Shown: positions 13,785 through 26,241, counted from the first letter of the stretch. The stretch is DNA of 64,000 nucleotides from Eledone cirrhosa (GCA_964016885.1 OZ024740.1:274226001-274290000); one strand, 5' to 3'. Numbers and translations are program-made. The notes: generated from the sequence alone by a model not told the origin.

Positions 13785-15430
13785 ATGTGGAGAACGAATG
13801 GGAGAGAGAAATTATCCTTGGTGGATCCGACAGAGGGACCAGCTATTGAGATTGACGAATATAGGGTCCAAGAGGCGATTAGGGAAATGAAAAATGGTAA
13901 GGCTGCCAGACCATCGGGAATAGTTGCTGAGATGCTGAAGGCATCAGGGGACGTAGGCACTAAACTGGTTGCACGCATCATCAATCAGACTATATATGGT
14001 GGTGTCATACCCAAAGACTGGTGCAGCAGTATTCTCATAAATTGCTACAAAGGTAAAGGGGATGCTTTGGAGAGGAGCAATTATAGGGTTATAAAACTGA
14101 TAGATCAGGTTATGAAAGTGGCAGAAAGGATTTTAGCACAACTAATTAGAGAAAGGGTCAAACTAGATGAGATGCAGTTTGGTTTTGTGCCTGGGAAGAG
14201 TACAACAGATGCCCTCTTCTTGGTGAGACAATTACAAGAGAGGTTCTTAGAGAAGAATAAGCCACTATACTTAGCCTTTGTTGACCTAGAGAAGGCCTTT
14301 GATAGGGTACCCCGATCTGTCATCTGGTGGTCCCTAAGGAAGCTAGGTGTTGAGGAATGGCTTGTGAGGACAGTGCAAACTTTGTACAGAGGTACTCTCA
14401 GTAAAGTCAGGGTAGGAATGGAGTTTAGTGAGGAATTCCAGACACAAGTAGGAGTACATCAGGGTTCGGTCCTCAGCCCGCTCTTGTTCATTATAGTCCT
14501 CCAAGCCATAAGAGAGGAGTTTAAGACTGGCTGTCCATGGGAACTTCTCTACGCTGACGATCTGGTTCTTATAGCAGAATCAGTAGAGGAGCTAGAGAAT
14601 AAATTCTGGCTATGGAAACAGCAGTTGGAAGCAAGAGGACTGAGAGTGAATCTAGCTAAGACAAAAGTGTTGATGAGTAGAAAAGAGGACAAAACCCTGA
14701 TTCCGTCAGGGAAATGGCCATGTTCGATATGCAGAAAAGGAACTGGCATAAATTCTATAAAATGCACACAATGCAGATCCTGGGTACACAAGAGATGTAG
14801 CGGGATAGCAGGCAAACTAACAGGTAGGGAGAAATATGTATGCAGTAGATGTACAGGGAAATTAGACAGTAGAAGTCGCACTGATAGACACATTTTTCAA
14901 ATGCAAGAGGGCGCTATAGAAGTGGTGGATAGCTTCCGGTACCTAGGAGATCAGATTAGCATGGGAGGAGGGTGTTCCGAGGCCATAGTATCTAGAATAA
15001 GGACGGGTTGGAAGAAGTTTAGGGAGCTGCTTCCTCTGTTGACGAAGAAGGGTTTCTCCCTGCGTACGAAAGGCCGGTTGTATGATGCCTGTGTGAGGAG
15101 CGCGATGCTGCATGGTAGTGAGACATGGGCAGCAACTGCAGAGTATATGCGACGGCTGGAGAGAATTGAGGCAAGCATGCTCCGTTGGATGTGCAGTGTA
15201 AACGTGCGTTAACGACCCAGCATAAATGTGTTGAGAGAGAAACTGTGTCTGAGAGGGATAGAATGTAGTGTACGGGAGAGGAGACTGAGGTGGTATGGAC
15301 ATGTGATGCGCATGGAGGATGACCGATGGGTGAAGAAGTGCCAGGAATTGCCAGTTGAAGGAAGACGTGGTAGAGGTAGACCACGAAAAACATGGGCGGA
15401 GGTGGTGAGAACAGACCTCTGATCATTGAA
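13785..15430 (+). pseudogene. LINE reverse transcriptase with PHD-type finger; premature stop at 15210
   Basis: QFGFVPGKSTTDA, AFVDLEKAFDRV, GVHQGSVLSPLLF, YADD and FRYLG motifs. Continues after the stop as RRLRWYGHV...GRPRKTW. Confidence 0.95.
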
Positions 15431-15534
15431 GCTCACGGTGGAGATGACAAGTGGAGAGATGCTGTGCTGAATAAGACCCGTCCCACCCTTGCAAGCAGGG
15501 AAAAGCGGACGTAAAATGATGATGATGATGATGA

Positions 15535-15565
<31 letters not shown>

Positions 15566-15572
<7 letters not shown>

Positions 15573-16058
15573 ACAGGGAGAAAGAGACGATTATTAGGAC
15601 GAAAAATATATTTTTTTCCTCTCTCTCTTTTTTCTGGGTTAGAAAATGATTAAAACGAAATGTTTTACTTTGTGTGAAGTGTTAAAGTATTAGTTGATTT
15701 ATTTATTAATTAACAATGGCATTTATTTATCTATTTATATATTTAATAATTGTCTATTACCGGTTTCAGCATTTTTATCCATTATCAAATGATAGTGAAA
15801 TGTGGTGTCACACACGTTAAAGAGAAGGTGCAGAAAGAATAATGTTATTTACAAACAAGATTTATGAAGTGAAAAGAAAAAAGAAAAAATAGATAAATAA
15901 ATGCCATTGTTAAATAATAAATAAATCAACTAATACCTTAACACTTCACACAAAGTAAAACATTTCGTTTTAATCATTTCTAACCCAGAAAAAAGAGAGA
16001 GAAACAGAAAAGGAAAAAAATATATTTTTCTTCCTAATAATCGTTTCTTTCTCCCTGT

Positions 16059-16066
<8 letters not shown>
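15566..16066. mobile_element. PLE-like inverted-repeat remnant (15566-15736 / 15887-16066) between (TA)n tracts
   Basis: About 170-bp reverse-complement arms. The spacer has a degenerate minus-strand hammerhead TTGATAA...GAAACCGGTA at 15754-15795. Confidence 0.65.
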
Positions 16067-16113
<47 letters not shown>

Positions 16114-16120
16114 TATAAAT

Positions 16121-16188
<68 letters not shown>

Positions 16189-16199
16189 GTATTTATATA

Positions 16200-16536
16200 T
16201 CATCATCATTTCATCATCATTTCATTTTACGTCCACTTTTCCCTGCTTGCAAGGGTGGGACGGGAACTGATTTTGGCTTGATTTCTACAGCTGGATGCCC
16301 TTCCTAACACCAACCTCATTTACAGTGAGTGCTGGGTGCTTTTTTGCCGTGGCACCTCCACGACCACTTTGCAGTTGGAATGATAGGGACCCCAGTCCCT
16401 ATCATCTCATTTCTACAGCTGAGTAAACTGGAGCAATGTGAAATAAAGTGTCTTGCTCAAGGAAACAACACATCACCCGGTCTGAGAATTGAACTCACAA
16501 CCTTTCGATTGCAAGGCCAATGCTCTAACCACTAAG
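16200..16536 (-). mobile_element. Young tRNA-headed SINE with RTE-derived body and tail (family A)
   Basis: TTAGTGGTTAG / GAGTTCAATTC promoter boxes. The 3' end CCCGTCCCACCCTTGCAAGCAGGGAAAAGTGGACGTAAAATG matches LINE 15477-15520. Near-identical to 40911-41249 and 62369-62712. Confidence 0.9.
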
Positions 16537-16537
16537 A

Positions 16538-16747
<210 letters not shown>

Positions 16748-16817
16748 AAAGAGAGATGAAATCGAAAATGCAACTGGAGTCTTATTTTTTTTTAAAATAT
16801 ATATATTTATTTGGTTC

Positions 16818-16853
16818 CTTTACCGGTTTCGCAGTTCTTCTGCTTTTCAAAAG
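16818..16853 (-). ncRNA. Hammerhead motif with U3-A8 core
   Basis: Minus strand: CTT-TTGAAAA-GCAG aagaa CTGC-GAAAC CG GTA-AAG; all stems pair. An adjacent 18-bp inverted repeat lies at 16849-16866 / 16882-16899. Confidence 0.7.
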
Positions 16854-17239
16854 TAGAGTTGAGATGCAGGGTCTGTCCCTCCATCTCAACTCTACTTTTT
16901 GTTCTGTCCTATGCCATTTTGTTTCTGTGTAAAAAACAACCTAGCATCTTCGATGCCAGGAAATATGGTATATATATATTTATAAGTATGTGTGTGTGTG
17001 TGTATGTATATAAAGGCATGGCTGTGTATGTAAAGAGTTTACTTTAGTCACATATCAACACACTCCAAACTTTAACCTCTGTCAGCCTAACTTAGATACT
17101 AATTCCTTTCCTTGAGCTCACATTGTTGTTGGCTGATTTACTGCTTTTGCTTAAAAGGTAAAGCTATCTGTTTAATGTTTCTGGAGGACTTAGTCATTAT
17201 AAATACAAAACATTTTGACCCCATAATGTACAGTCTGCC

Positions 17240-17722
17240 TTTTTACTCTGTCACAGAGAGTATCTCACTTGCTTCCAAGTTGGCCATGAATTTTTTACCT
17301 TTGTGCATGGCTGTGACTGCAGAGAATATGCACAGACTGGAGAGAAATGAAGAAACCATGTTTCGGTGGATATGCAATGTAAATGTGAGAGAAAGGTAGA
17401 GCTTCGATGAGCCGAGGGAGAAGCTGCGTTTAAATGGAATCGAAGATAGTGTGCAGGAGAGAAGACTGTGTTGGTATGGACATGTGATGTGCATGGACAA
17501 TGACCGATGGGTGAAGAAATAACAGAAAATTCCTGTGGAAGGAAACTGCAGTAGATGACAAACAAGAAAGACCTCAGCATAGGTTGTGAGAACTGACCTC
17601 AAATTGCTAAGACTAGAAGAGATGACGAAGCAATGTAACAATCAAAAAGATGACGTACTGAGAAGGATCCATCCAACCCATGGAAAAGCAGACATAAAAA
17701 CGATGATGATGATGATAATGAT
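17240..17722 (+). mobile_element. 5'-truncated RTE LINE 3' end
   Basis: AVTAENMHRLERNE...RWICNVNVRER and RRLCWYGHV motifs, then a (GAT)n tail. Confidence 0.85.
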
Positions 17723-18039
17723 ATATATAAGATATATACATATAGGTCAGGCAAAGTAAAAATTAAATAACAAAATAAGTACAACAAATCTATGAATACT
17801 AATGACCCAAAATGTCAGTCTTAATGTGTGTATGTGTTTATTTACGTTTCTATGTAAATTCACTCGCACTCACGCAAACATATTAGTAGCTAATGGTGGG
17901 AGTGTAGTAGTAATGCTTGTGATAAAGTGTATCTGTTTGTATGCAAATAGGGTTTGTAAATATATATGTGTATATGAATGTTTATTTGTATGGTTAAGCA
18001 TTTCTGGCCAAGTGTATATGTATATATGCTTATATTTAT

Positions 18040-19050
18040 GGCTAGCTGATAATAATGGTGAAGGTGATAGTGGTGAGAGTGGTACTACATTTTTGTATTA
18101 GTTTTTGCATTAGTGTTGTTTGTGTTGGTGTTGGGGATCTGATGGTGATGTTTGTTTTGGTTTTTCTAATATTTATGGTGGTGGCCATACTGTTGTTGGT
18201 GTTGCTGCTGTTTTGACTGATGGTGATGGTGATAATAGTGTTATTGGTGATGATAGCAATGTAATTGGTAATGTTTTTATTATTGTTATTTGTGGTTTTC
18301 CTGGTGTTCAGGATACTGATGGTGGTGTTAGCTATGGGTTCTGTTGATGGATGATGATGGAGACCATGGTGTTGGGATGTTGATGATACTAATATTGTGG
18401 TTTATGATGTTATTGTTTGGTTTTCCTGGTCATGGTAGTGGTGGTGGTTCTACTGGTGATGGTGGTGGCACTTGTAGTGGTAATGGTGGTGGTAATGGTA
18501 GTGATGGATGTAATGATGGTGGCTATACCGGTGGTGGTAGTAGTGGTGGTTGTAGTGGTGATTGTGGTGGTTATACTGGTGATGGTGGTAGTACTGGTTG
18601 TGGTAGTGATGGTTGTAGTGATGGTGGCTATACTAGTGGTGGTTGTAGTGGTGATGGTGATGGTGGTGGTGGTGGTGCTGGTGGTGGTGGTGGTGACGGT
18701 TGTACTGGTATTGGTGGGTGTAGTGTTGGTGGAGGTGGTAGTGGGGGTTGTAGTGTTTGTGGTAGTGATAGTGATAGTGTTGGTGGTGGTTGTAGTGTTG
18801 GAAGTGGGGGTAGTGGTGGTTGTAATTTTGGTGGAGGTGGTAGTGGTAGCAGTAGTGTTGGTTGTAATGTTGGTGGTAGTGGTGGATGTAATTTTGGTGG
18901 AGGTGGTAGTTGTAGTGAGGATCGTAGTGTTGTTGTTGTTGGTGGTGGTGGTAGTGGTAGTGGATATTGTAGTGTTGGTGGTGGTGGTACTGGTAGTGGT
19001 AGTGATGTTTTTTGGCGATAGATGGTGGTAGTTTTTGTAATGCTGGTGTT
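18040..19050. repeat. (GGT/GAT/AGT)n low-complexity tract
   Basis: Degenerate trinucleotide repeat; several frames are open simply because of composition. Confidence 0.85.
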
Positions 19051-19888
19051 AAGATGAAATGAGATGTATATTGACAGCTTACTCTTTAGACTTGATGCTA
19101 GAATCTAAATGCAATGCCCTCCATCCCCTGCTGCTGCCATTCTCTGCTCTGGGAGTGTTTGTGGTAAGGTGATTAGTTGAATGAATGCAACAAAATCAAC
19201 AAAATAATTTCTGAAAAAAATATAAATAGATAGAGTTAAAAAGAATGTGGTAAAAGAAATAATCACATTTATTTATTTAGACCAGGTATATGGCCAGTTC
19301 TTTTGCAGAATATTAACCAAAGGATGAACAGACAATGGTTTTATTTGACTTGCAAAAATTAGCACCCAGGTTTCCATTAAATCACATTAGCTAGTGTCCT
19401 TTAAAGGTAGACTATGTCTGAAAAAAATATATTTAAGGTCATGGCTAGAATAACTTTCATTAAAAGCCAGCTGGATCTGGACTAACCTTTGACCTTGTTC
19501 TCAATAACAACAGCAATGATAAATACCAGTAAAATGTTTAGCTATTTCCAGCTTGTCAAAGCAACTAGCATCTAATGCTACATAAACATACTGGCTGTGA
19601 ATAAGAATTAAAGGAGGATACTTCTCTTCAAAATAAGTAGTGTCAGTATATAAATGTGTGTGTGTGTGTGTGGGCGTGGGGGGGGGGCTGTATGTGTATA
19701 AAGAAATATATATAAATATAATATGTAAATATGTAGGTTCCCAGTTCATCTAAGATCTGATTTGATCTGTGATAACCTGTCCAACCCTTCCTAGAAGGGA
19801 GAATGAACGTTAAATGATGATGTTGGTAATGTATATATATGTGTGTGTGCATGTGTGCATGCATGTGTGTGTATGTGTGTGTGAGTGA

Positions 19889-19922
<34 letters not shown>

Positions 19923-20062
19923 TTAAAAGTTAAACAAGGTTCAATGAATACATCAAATAATGAGTTTTACAATAGATTGGAAGCTCTCAAGAGAAAAGGT
20001 TTTCCAGAGTTATTAATATTAATTCAAAATATTAACAAAATAGATATTCTTGTGATCAATTA

Positions 20063-20129
20063 TATTTTATTATACATATTTCAGAGGTACTGAGTTAAGT
20101 TTAACAGTCCGTCCTCATCAGATAAAATA
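20063..20129 (-). ncRNA. Type I hammerhead ribozyme motif
   Basis: Minus strand: TATTTTAT-CTGATGA-GGACGGACTG ttaaacttaact CAGTACCTCT-GAA ATATGTAT A-ATAAAATA. Confidence 0.7.
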
Positions 20130-20943
20130 GGATGATGCATGACATACCCTGACATAATAGATGGTTAAGATTCAGTCATGGTAGTAATTAACATATGACA
20201 AAACTCAATATTTATACCCTAATATTGAGAACATGAGATAACATAATACAAACAATAGAGAGGGTACGTGTAATACAGTTTAAAAAATACATGGCATCAA
20301 TGTAACAGTTAAAAAAATTTTTTTTAAAAACTACTGAAGAAAGAGGAGGGAAAGGAAAGCATATAGGAAGAAACAGCTGATGTGATAATATATGTAATAG
20401 ATGGCTCGAAAAAACAAATGAAAGATGATTAAAGAGAGAGAGAGACAAAGGGGAGTAATTTATGTTGAAGTTTATATACAATTTTCCATATACCCAAATT
20501 AATATAGATGGCCGTTAATATTCAAAATATTTAATCTAATCAGAGTAATGAATAATATTTTAGGTTTTAAAAGTTAATAGGTATTTGTATTAATATTATA
20601 ATTATGTTTAATTTTTAAAATTCAAATTTTATGAAAACAAATTTAAAGGATTTACGAAACACGAGAAAGAAAATGTATAATGCTTTTATAACCTCACGAA
20701 GGTTATAAAATTATTTATAATATTGACTACAGTTTATATAATACAATTCATAAAATAATTCTAGTTATAATTATTAAATAATTTATTGTTAAATAGTTTG
20801 AGTGCCTAAAGGATCAACCGGCCTTATAACTAAACTTAAAGAAGTCTGAAATTTTTATTATATATATGTGTTGATCAAATATACAAGGATTATAGTTTAT
20901 TATTTGTTTATAATTGAGGTGAAACCTTCAAATATATATAATA

Positions 20944-21804
20944 CTAGCAGTAAAGCCCGGCGTTGCTCGGGGTCGCTCAGTAGCTGTGTTAAAGTTACAA
21001 TGTTAAGTTTCTTTCTTGGCTTAAAAACTGTAGTGTCTACTGTGCAGACTTGCATGTGGTGTTTTTGATTAATATTCCCTCAACCAACAATATGCCTTAT
21101 GAAGTTAAGAAAACATAACGATAACCCGAATGTTATAACAAAAGAGGATGCTGGGGATAGAAACTGCACTGGTTATTTATTAACAAAGATCGAAAATCTA
21201 AACACTGCAACGCAGAGAAAAACATTAGCGTAACCAAATTATCAGTTATGTCTGTCTGCACGCCTATATCACCTCTCTGCACGACTGTCTGTCTGCACGC
21301 CTATATCACCTCTCTGCACGACTGTCTGTCTGCACGCCTATATCACCTCTCTGCACGACTGTCTGTCTGCACGCCTAACGACGAAATATTTGCTTGTTTT
21401 ACGTAGTCTTTAAATAGACTTGTTTTCAAGTAAAAATATTGTTTTAAAATGCTTTTAAATGGAAATGAAGCAAAACGGAAGTTTAGTGTTCGAACTGATG
21501 AATTTTGCAGGTCAATATTTTGCTGGCTCGACAACTGTTCGTGTATTGTAATTTTTTACGTAAGACGCTCAATGTAAACAGAACAAAGGGAAATAACTGA
21601 TAACTTACGCTCAAAAATCGATACATTATATTCGATTTCGTCACATAGGGTGGGTGAATTTGAAATTTTTTTTTTTCCGATGTCTTCGCTAGGGCTCAAT
21701 GTACAAGTATAGCAATTTCGGTGCAATTCCGTGAGAGATTCTAAGAGGAGATGTGTGCCAAAAATCGATAGACAGACAGACAACCACAGTTTTATATATA
21801 TAGA
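20944..21804 (-). mobile_element. Non-autonomous Helitron
   Basis: Minus strand A|TCTATATATATAAAAC...(GTCT)n...CCCGAGCAACGCCGGG hairpin...CTAG|T. No target-site duplication. Confidence 0.85.
21249..21377. repeat. 37-bp tandem repeat x3.5 inside Helitron
   Basis: Unit TGTCTGTCTGCACGCCTATATCACCTCTCTGCACGAC; copies are identical. Confidence 0.95.
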
Positions 21805-22296
21805 TGATACAATAATATAATATAGTAAATAAGTTACTGAAAATATTGTTCACAAAATACATAGTTAAAAAATATTGTTAAAAAATTAATGTTTTATATC
21901 AATTATTTTCATTTAGTTGATATACACTTTTGGGTATATGGAAAATTGATTATAAACTTGAACATAAATTACTCCCCTTTGTCTCTCTCTCTCTTTAATC
22001 GTCTTTCATTTGTTTTTTCGAGCCATCTATTAAATATATTATCACATCAGCTGTTTCTTCCTATATGCTTTCCTTTCCCTCCTCTTTCTTCAGTAGTTTT
22101 TAAAAAAAATTTTTTAACTGTTACATTGATGCCATGTATTTTTTAAACTGTATTACACGCACCCTCTCTATTGTTTGTATTATGTTATCTCATGTTCTCA
22201 ATATTAGGGTATAAATATTGAGTTTTGTCATATGTTAATCATTACCATGACTGAATCTTAACCATCTATTATGACAGGGTATGTCATGCATCATCC

Positions 22297-22363
22297 TATT
22301 TTATCTGATGAAGACGTACTGTTAAACTTAACTCAGTACCTCTGAAATATGTATAATAAAATA
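22297..22363 (+). ncRNA. Type I hammerhead ribozyme motif
   Basis: TATTTTAT-CTGATGA-AGACGTACTG ttaaacttaact CAGTACCTCT-GAA ATATGTAT A-ATAAAATA. 8-bp stem I, 9/10-bp stem II, near-palindromic stem III, AUA site. Confidence 0.8.
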
Positions 22364-22403
22364 TAATTGATCACAAGAATATCTATTTTGTTAATATTTT
22401 GAA

Positions 22404-22453
<50 letters not shown>

Positions 22454-22459
22454 CAACTG

Positions 22460-24070
22460 GAAAGATCTCATTACAAACAATAAGATACTCTCCAGAACTA
22501 CTCACTCTACCAATCACTGAGGCTACATTATTACAATGTTGATTGCACAGGGAAGGACACACTATAAGAATTGATGTTACTAGGATGCCATATACTTTAA
22601 TTTCTGGAATATTTGTTAATGGTAAAAGACCTCACATGGTATCTAAATCACATTTTAAGGATGAACTGAAACTATTAAGTGGAGTAGAATAATTTGTATG
22701 CATTTCAGTAGCTTCCTGAACTGCTACTCTGTGCTTAACATTGCTACTTTCATCAGGTGATAAATTCACTGCTAAATCTTACCTTGCTGATAACATCTCT
22801 TCACAATACTTAACAAACACGAGAATACAGAGCATTGTATCTTTTCAATAGCTGAACAAGTCACAGGTGTAGTAGCTTGTTCTTCTGTAGTAGTCTCATT
22901 AGGAAGATGGCATTAATGATATCCCATCTTGGCTCATACTCAAAGAGTGTCACTTCAAAAATATTTTTTTTTATAATTAGTTGTACTATAATACTTTCTC
23001 TGGTTTTCAGAATTTTTAGGTTGATGCCTCAGTAGTTATTTCATTTGAGACTGTTGGTGATGATACTGCTAAATCATTCATTGAGACTAAACCTTTTCAG
23101 TATTACTTATTTAGCATGCTTGCCAAATGTTTTTAGCATCTTAGCAACTATACTTCTGGGTGAGCTGTTTTCTCTGTCATCAAATCCTTAATTACCATTT
23201 TGACCTTTTAGCTGTTATTTACAATTGTTTGTCACACAGTAATACAGACGACCCAACTTTCCATGGATACAAGCCGAAGCTGAAGCATATAGACAATATC
23301 TCCCTCAACTACAAAGTGGACGTGTAGGCGCCACAGAAAAAAAAGCACCCAGCACTCACTGTGAATGAGGTTGGTGTTAGGAAGCCAGCTGTAGAAATCA
23401 AGCCAGAATCAGTTCCAGTATGAACAAGACAAGGTTAGCCCACCGGACACTGCCCACAACACAACACCCCGTCTAAACCATGCTAGTGTAGAAGAACGGA
23501 TGTAAAACGGTGATGATGATGATGTCTCTCCTTTAGGTCTGCTTAGGGTAGTCTTTCACTCTCACATGTATTTCTTCCATTCATGAACCTCTCACAGTAG
23601 CATTTCCATGCCTCCTCCTTCTCAACACCAGTGCAACACAGTTTTTAGCATCAACATTTTAATTCATAATGACACAACTTTATGATATAGAAAATCTCTC
23701 ACCTCTGGTCTTCATGTTGATGTTGCAAAACACGGGTTAACCGCTTTTGTTTAGTTATTCTCTTAATAAATATACCTGATATCTAGCTTCTCTTCTAACA
23801 TCTTAATATTTTTCCTTGCTCTGCTCATTCTTCAATTCTTTTTTTGTCTTCCCCTTTAGGATTTATGACTTTGTTTAACATAACATTTCACCATCAGGCC
23901 GCATTCTGTTTTGCTTACACCTTGCTCCAGCCACAGATCTGTGTTTTGTTACCCCGCAATTTTCTTCTATATTGTTGTAGATCTCTACCTTTCCCTCCTA
24001 ATATGATATTGTTATGGCTCTTAGCATTCTCAGTTCTTTGGTGGAAAAACTAATCTCCCAGTTTAACACC
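22460..24070 (-). pseudogene. Very old RTE LINE remnant, interrupted by a SINE-like insert
   Basis: Minus strand has degenerate CGWSK, SIVAKMLK and NAIFLMRLLQ motifs, colinear with LINE 13300-14700. Confidence 0.45.
23310..23523 (+). mobile_element. RTE-tailed SINE-like fragment
   Basis: AAAAGCACCCAGCACTCACTGTGAATGAGGTTGGTGTTAGGAAG...(GAT)n; related to 61835-62107. Confidence 0.75.
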
Positions 24071-24364
24071 ACTAACATTGGTGCCTTAACCCTTTAGCAT
24101 TTAAACTGGGTGTATCCAGCCGGAATTCTCACATGTCTTTCTGTTCAAACCGACATAACAATCTTCTCATACTTATGTTAAGGTATTGTTCTCAAACGAT
24201 GGCTTGACAGTGTCAACTTATGGACTGGACTTGATCTTTCCACTTTAAACTGTGCTGTTGGTGATCGAAAATTGTTGAGAAAAATATCTAATACTACCTG
24301 GCACATCCGGCTGGCGCCCAGCTACCATTGGCGTGTTCTACGGCATTCAGATATATATATATAC

Positions 24365-25913
24365 ATACCTGACGTACCTAGGTTTGCTTGGATAACCAGA
24401 CGATAAGCTGTCTGTGTTGTATAGTATTACTGTTGAAAATATATAGTGTTTGATAGTATTACTGTTGAAAATATATAGTGTATGATAGTATTACTATTGA
24501 AAATATATAGTACAGTACACTATTAGTGTTGAAAATATATAGTGTAGTACAGTATTACTGTTGAAAATATATAGTATAGTATAGTATTACTGTTGAAAAT
24601 ATATAGTACAGTACAGTATTACTGTTGAAAATATATAGTGTTTGATAGTATTACTGTTGAAAATATATAGTGTATGATAGTATTACTGTTGAAAATATAT
24701 AGTGTTTGATAGTATTACTGTTGAAAATATATAGTGTATGATAGTATTACTGTTGAAAATATATAGTAAAGTACAGTATTACTGTTGAAAATATATAGTG
24801 TAGTACAGTATTACTGTTGACAATATATAGTATAGTATAGTATTACTGTTAAAACTATATAGTACAGTACAGTATTACTGTTGAAAATATATAGTATAGT
24901 ATAGTATTACTGTTGAAAATATATAGTACAGTATTACTGTTGAAAATATATAGTATAGTATAGTATTACTGTTGAAAATATATAGTATAGTATAGTATTA
25001 CTGTTGAAAATATATAGTACAGTATTACTGTTGAAAATATATAGTACAGTACAGTATTACTGTTGAAAATAAATAGTACAGTATTACTGTTGAAAACATA
25101 TAATATAGTATTGCTGTTGGAAATATATGGTATAGTATCACTGTTGAAAATATATAGTATTACTGTTGAAAATATATAGTATAGTATTACTGTTGAAAAT
25201 ATATAGTATAGTATATTATTACTGTTGAAAATATATAGTATAGTATAGTATTAATGTTGAAAATATATAGTACATTATTACCGTTGAAAATATATAGTAT
25301 AGTATTACTGTTGAAAATATGTAGTACAGTATTACTGTTGAAAATATATAGTACAGTACTACTGTTGAAAATATATAGTATAGTATTACTGTTGAAAATA
25401 TATAGTACAGTATTACTGTTGAAAATATATAGTATAGTATAGTATTACTGTTGAAAATATGTAGTACAGTATTACTGTTGAAAATATATAGTACAGTACT
25501 ACTGTTGAAAATATATAGTACAGTACTACTGTTGAAAATATATAGGACAGTATTACTGTTGAAAATATATAGTATAGTATTACTGTTGAAAATATATAGT
25601 ACAGTACTACTGTTGAAAATATATAGTATAGTACTACTGTTGAAAATATATAGTACAGTATTACTGTTGAAAATATGTACACGAATATATAATTATATAT
25701 ACATATAATTAATTGAAAGTTGGTTAGAAGCGAAGTCAGTGCAGACAGGCAGACATACAGACAGATATTATAAGCATGCAACATTATAGCTATGTATCAA
25801 TCTAAAAAGACAGAGTAAGAGAGAGGAATGTCGTATTATATATATTATATATAATAAAGTACCAGTAATGTACTCCTCACTTTACATACAGCCGTCAGCT
25901 TTATTAATATAGA
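24365..25913 (-). mobile_element. Putative Helitron-like element carrying a 1.26-kb minisatellite
   Basis: 5' end A|TCTATATTAATAAAGCTG at 25913, (GTCT)-rich subterminal region, and a degenerate 3' end CCAAGCAAACCTAGGTACGTCAGGTATG near 24365. Confidence 0.5.
24420..25680. repeat. Minisatellite, core AGTATTACTGTTGAAAATATAT plus 0-2 AGTAT/AGTAC pentamers (20/25/30-bp units)
   Basis: Direct inspection; more than 40 units. Confidence 0.97.
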
Positions 25914-25917
25914 TAGA

Positions 25918-26241
25918 GATTGACAATATACACAGAAATTTAATCCATGATACATTTTAAAAAAAGATGATTTTACATATAAACTGCAAAATATAAGAAT
26001 GTTTATTTAAGCGATCGCTAAACGGAAGTGTTGACATTTGAAAATTTTAAAGAAGTGAATCTTTAAATAAACAATAAAATATCTTTAATCGAGAATAACG
26101 AAATTTAGTAGACAAAAATACCCTCACTTTCTTCCTTTGAAAAAGTTACATCTATGGTGCATATTTAGTGCCTTTTGGACCAGCCGTTTTACCAAAAGTT
26201 TGTTACATACTACATACGGCCATCAGCTTTATTAATATAGA
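25918..26241 (-). mobile_element. Helitron-like 5' fragment related to 793-1281
   Basis: Second TCTATATTAATAAAGCTG end at 26241; body homologous to 906-1165. Confidence 0.5.

Larger units (their letters stand above)
12296..15538 (+). mobile_element. Near-full-length RTE (BovB-like) LINE, family 1, with several frameshifts
   Basis: 5'UTR, then a single disrupted ORF (APE + RT), a short 3'UTR and a (GAT)n tail at 15518-15538. Confidence 0.95.
19920..22410. mobile_element. PLE-like unit with about 480-bp inverted repeat (20016-20498 / 21929-22410), interrupted by a Helitron
   Basis: Long, highly similar reverse-complement arms, each with a hammerhead. (TA)n on both outer sides. Confidence 0.75.

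Noticed and set aside
13574-15436. Minus-strand ORFs overlapping the LINE (likewise plus-strand ORFs at 42101-42802 and 63233-63733)
   Set aside because: Antisense shadows of RT coding sequence.
18344-19031. 225-aa Gly/Ser/Cys-rich ORF and overlapping Val-rich ORF
   Set aside because: Both arise from a degenerate (GGT)n tract that extends beyond the ORFs; no domain or gene structure supports a real protein.
20334-20382. CTGAAGA...GAAACAGCTGAT on the plus strand as another hammerhead
   Set aside because: The intervening purine-rich sequence cannot form stem II and there is no stem I.
24420-25680. CRISPR-like regularity of the array
   Set aside because: No unique spacers, inter-core sequence is only 0-10 nt of repeated pentamer, no cas genes, and the context is eukaryotic.
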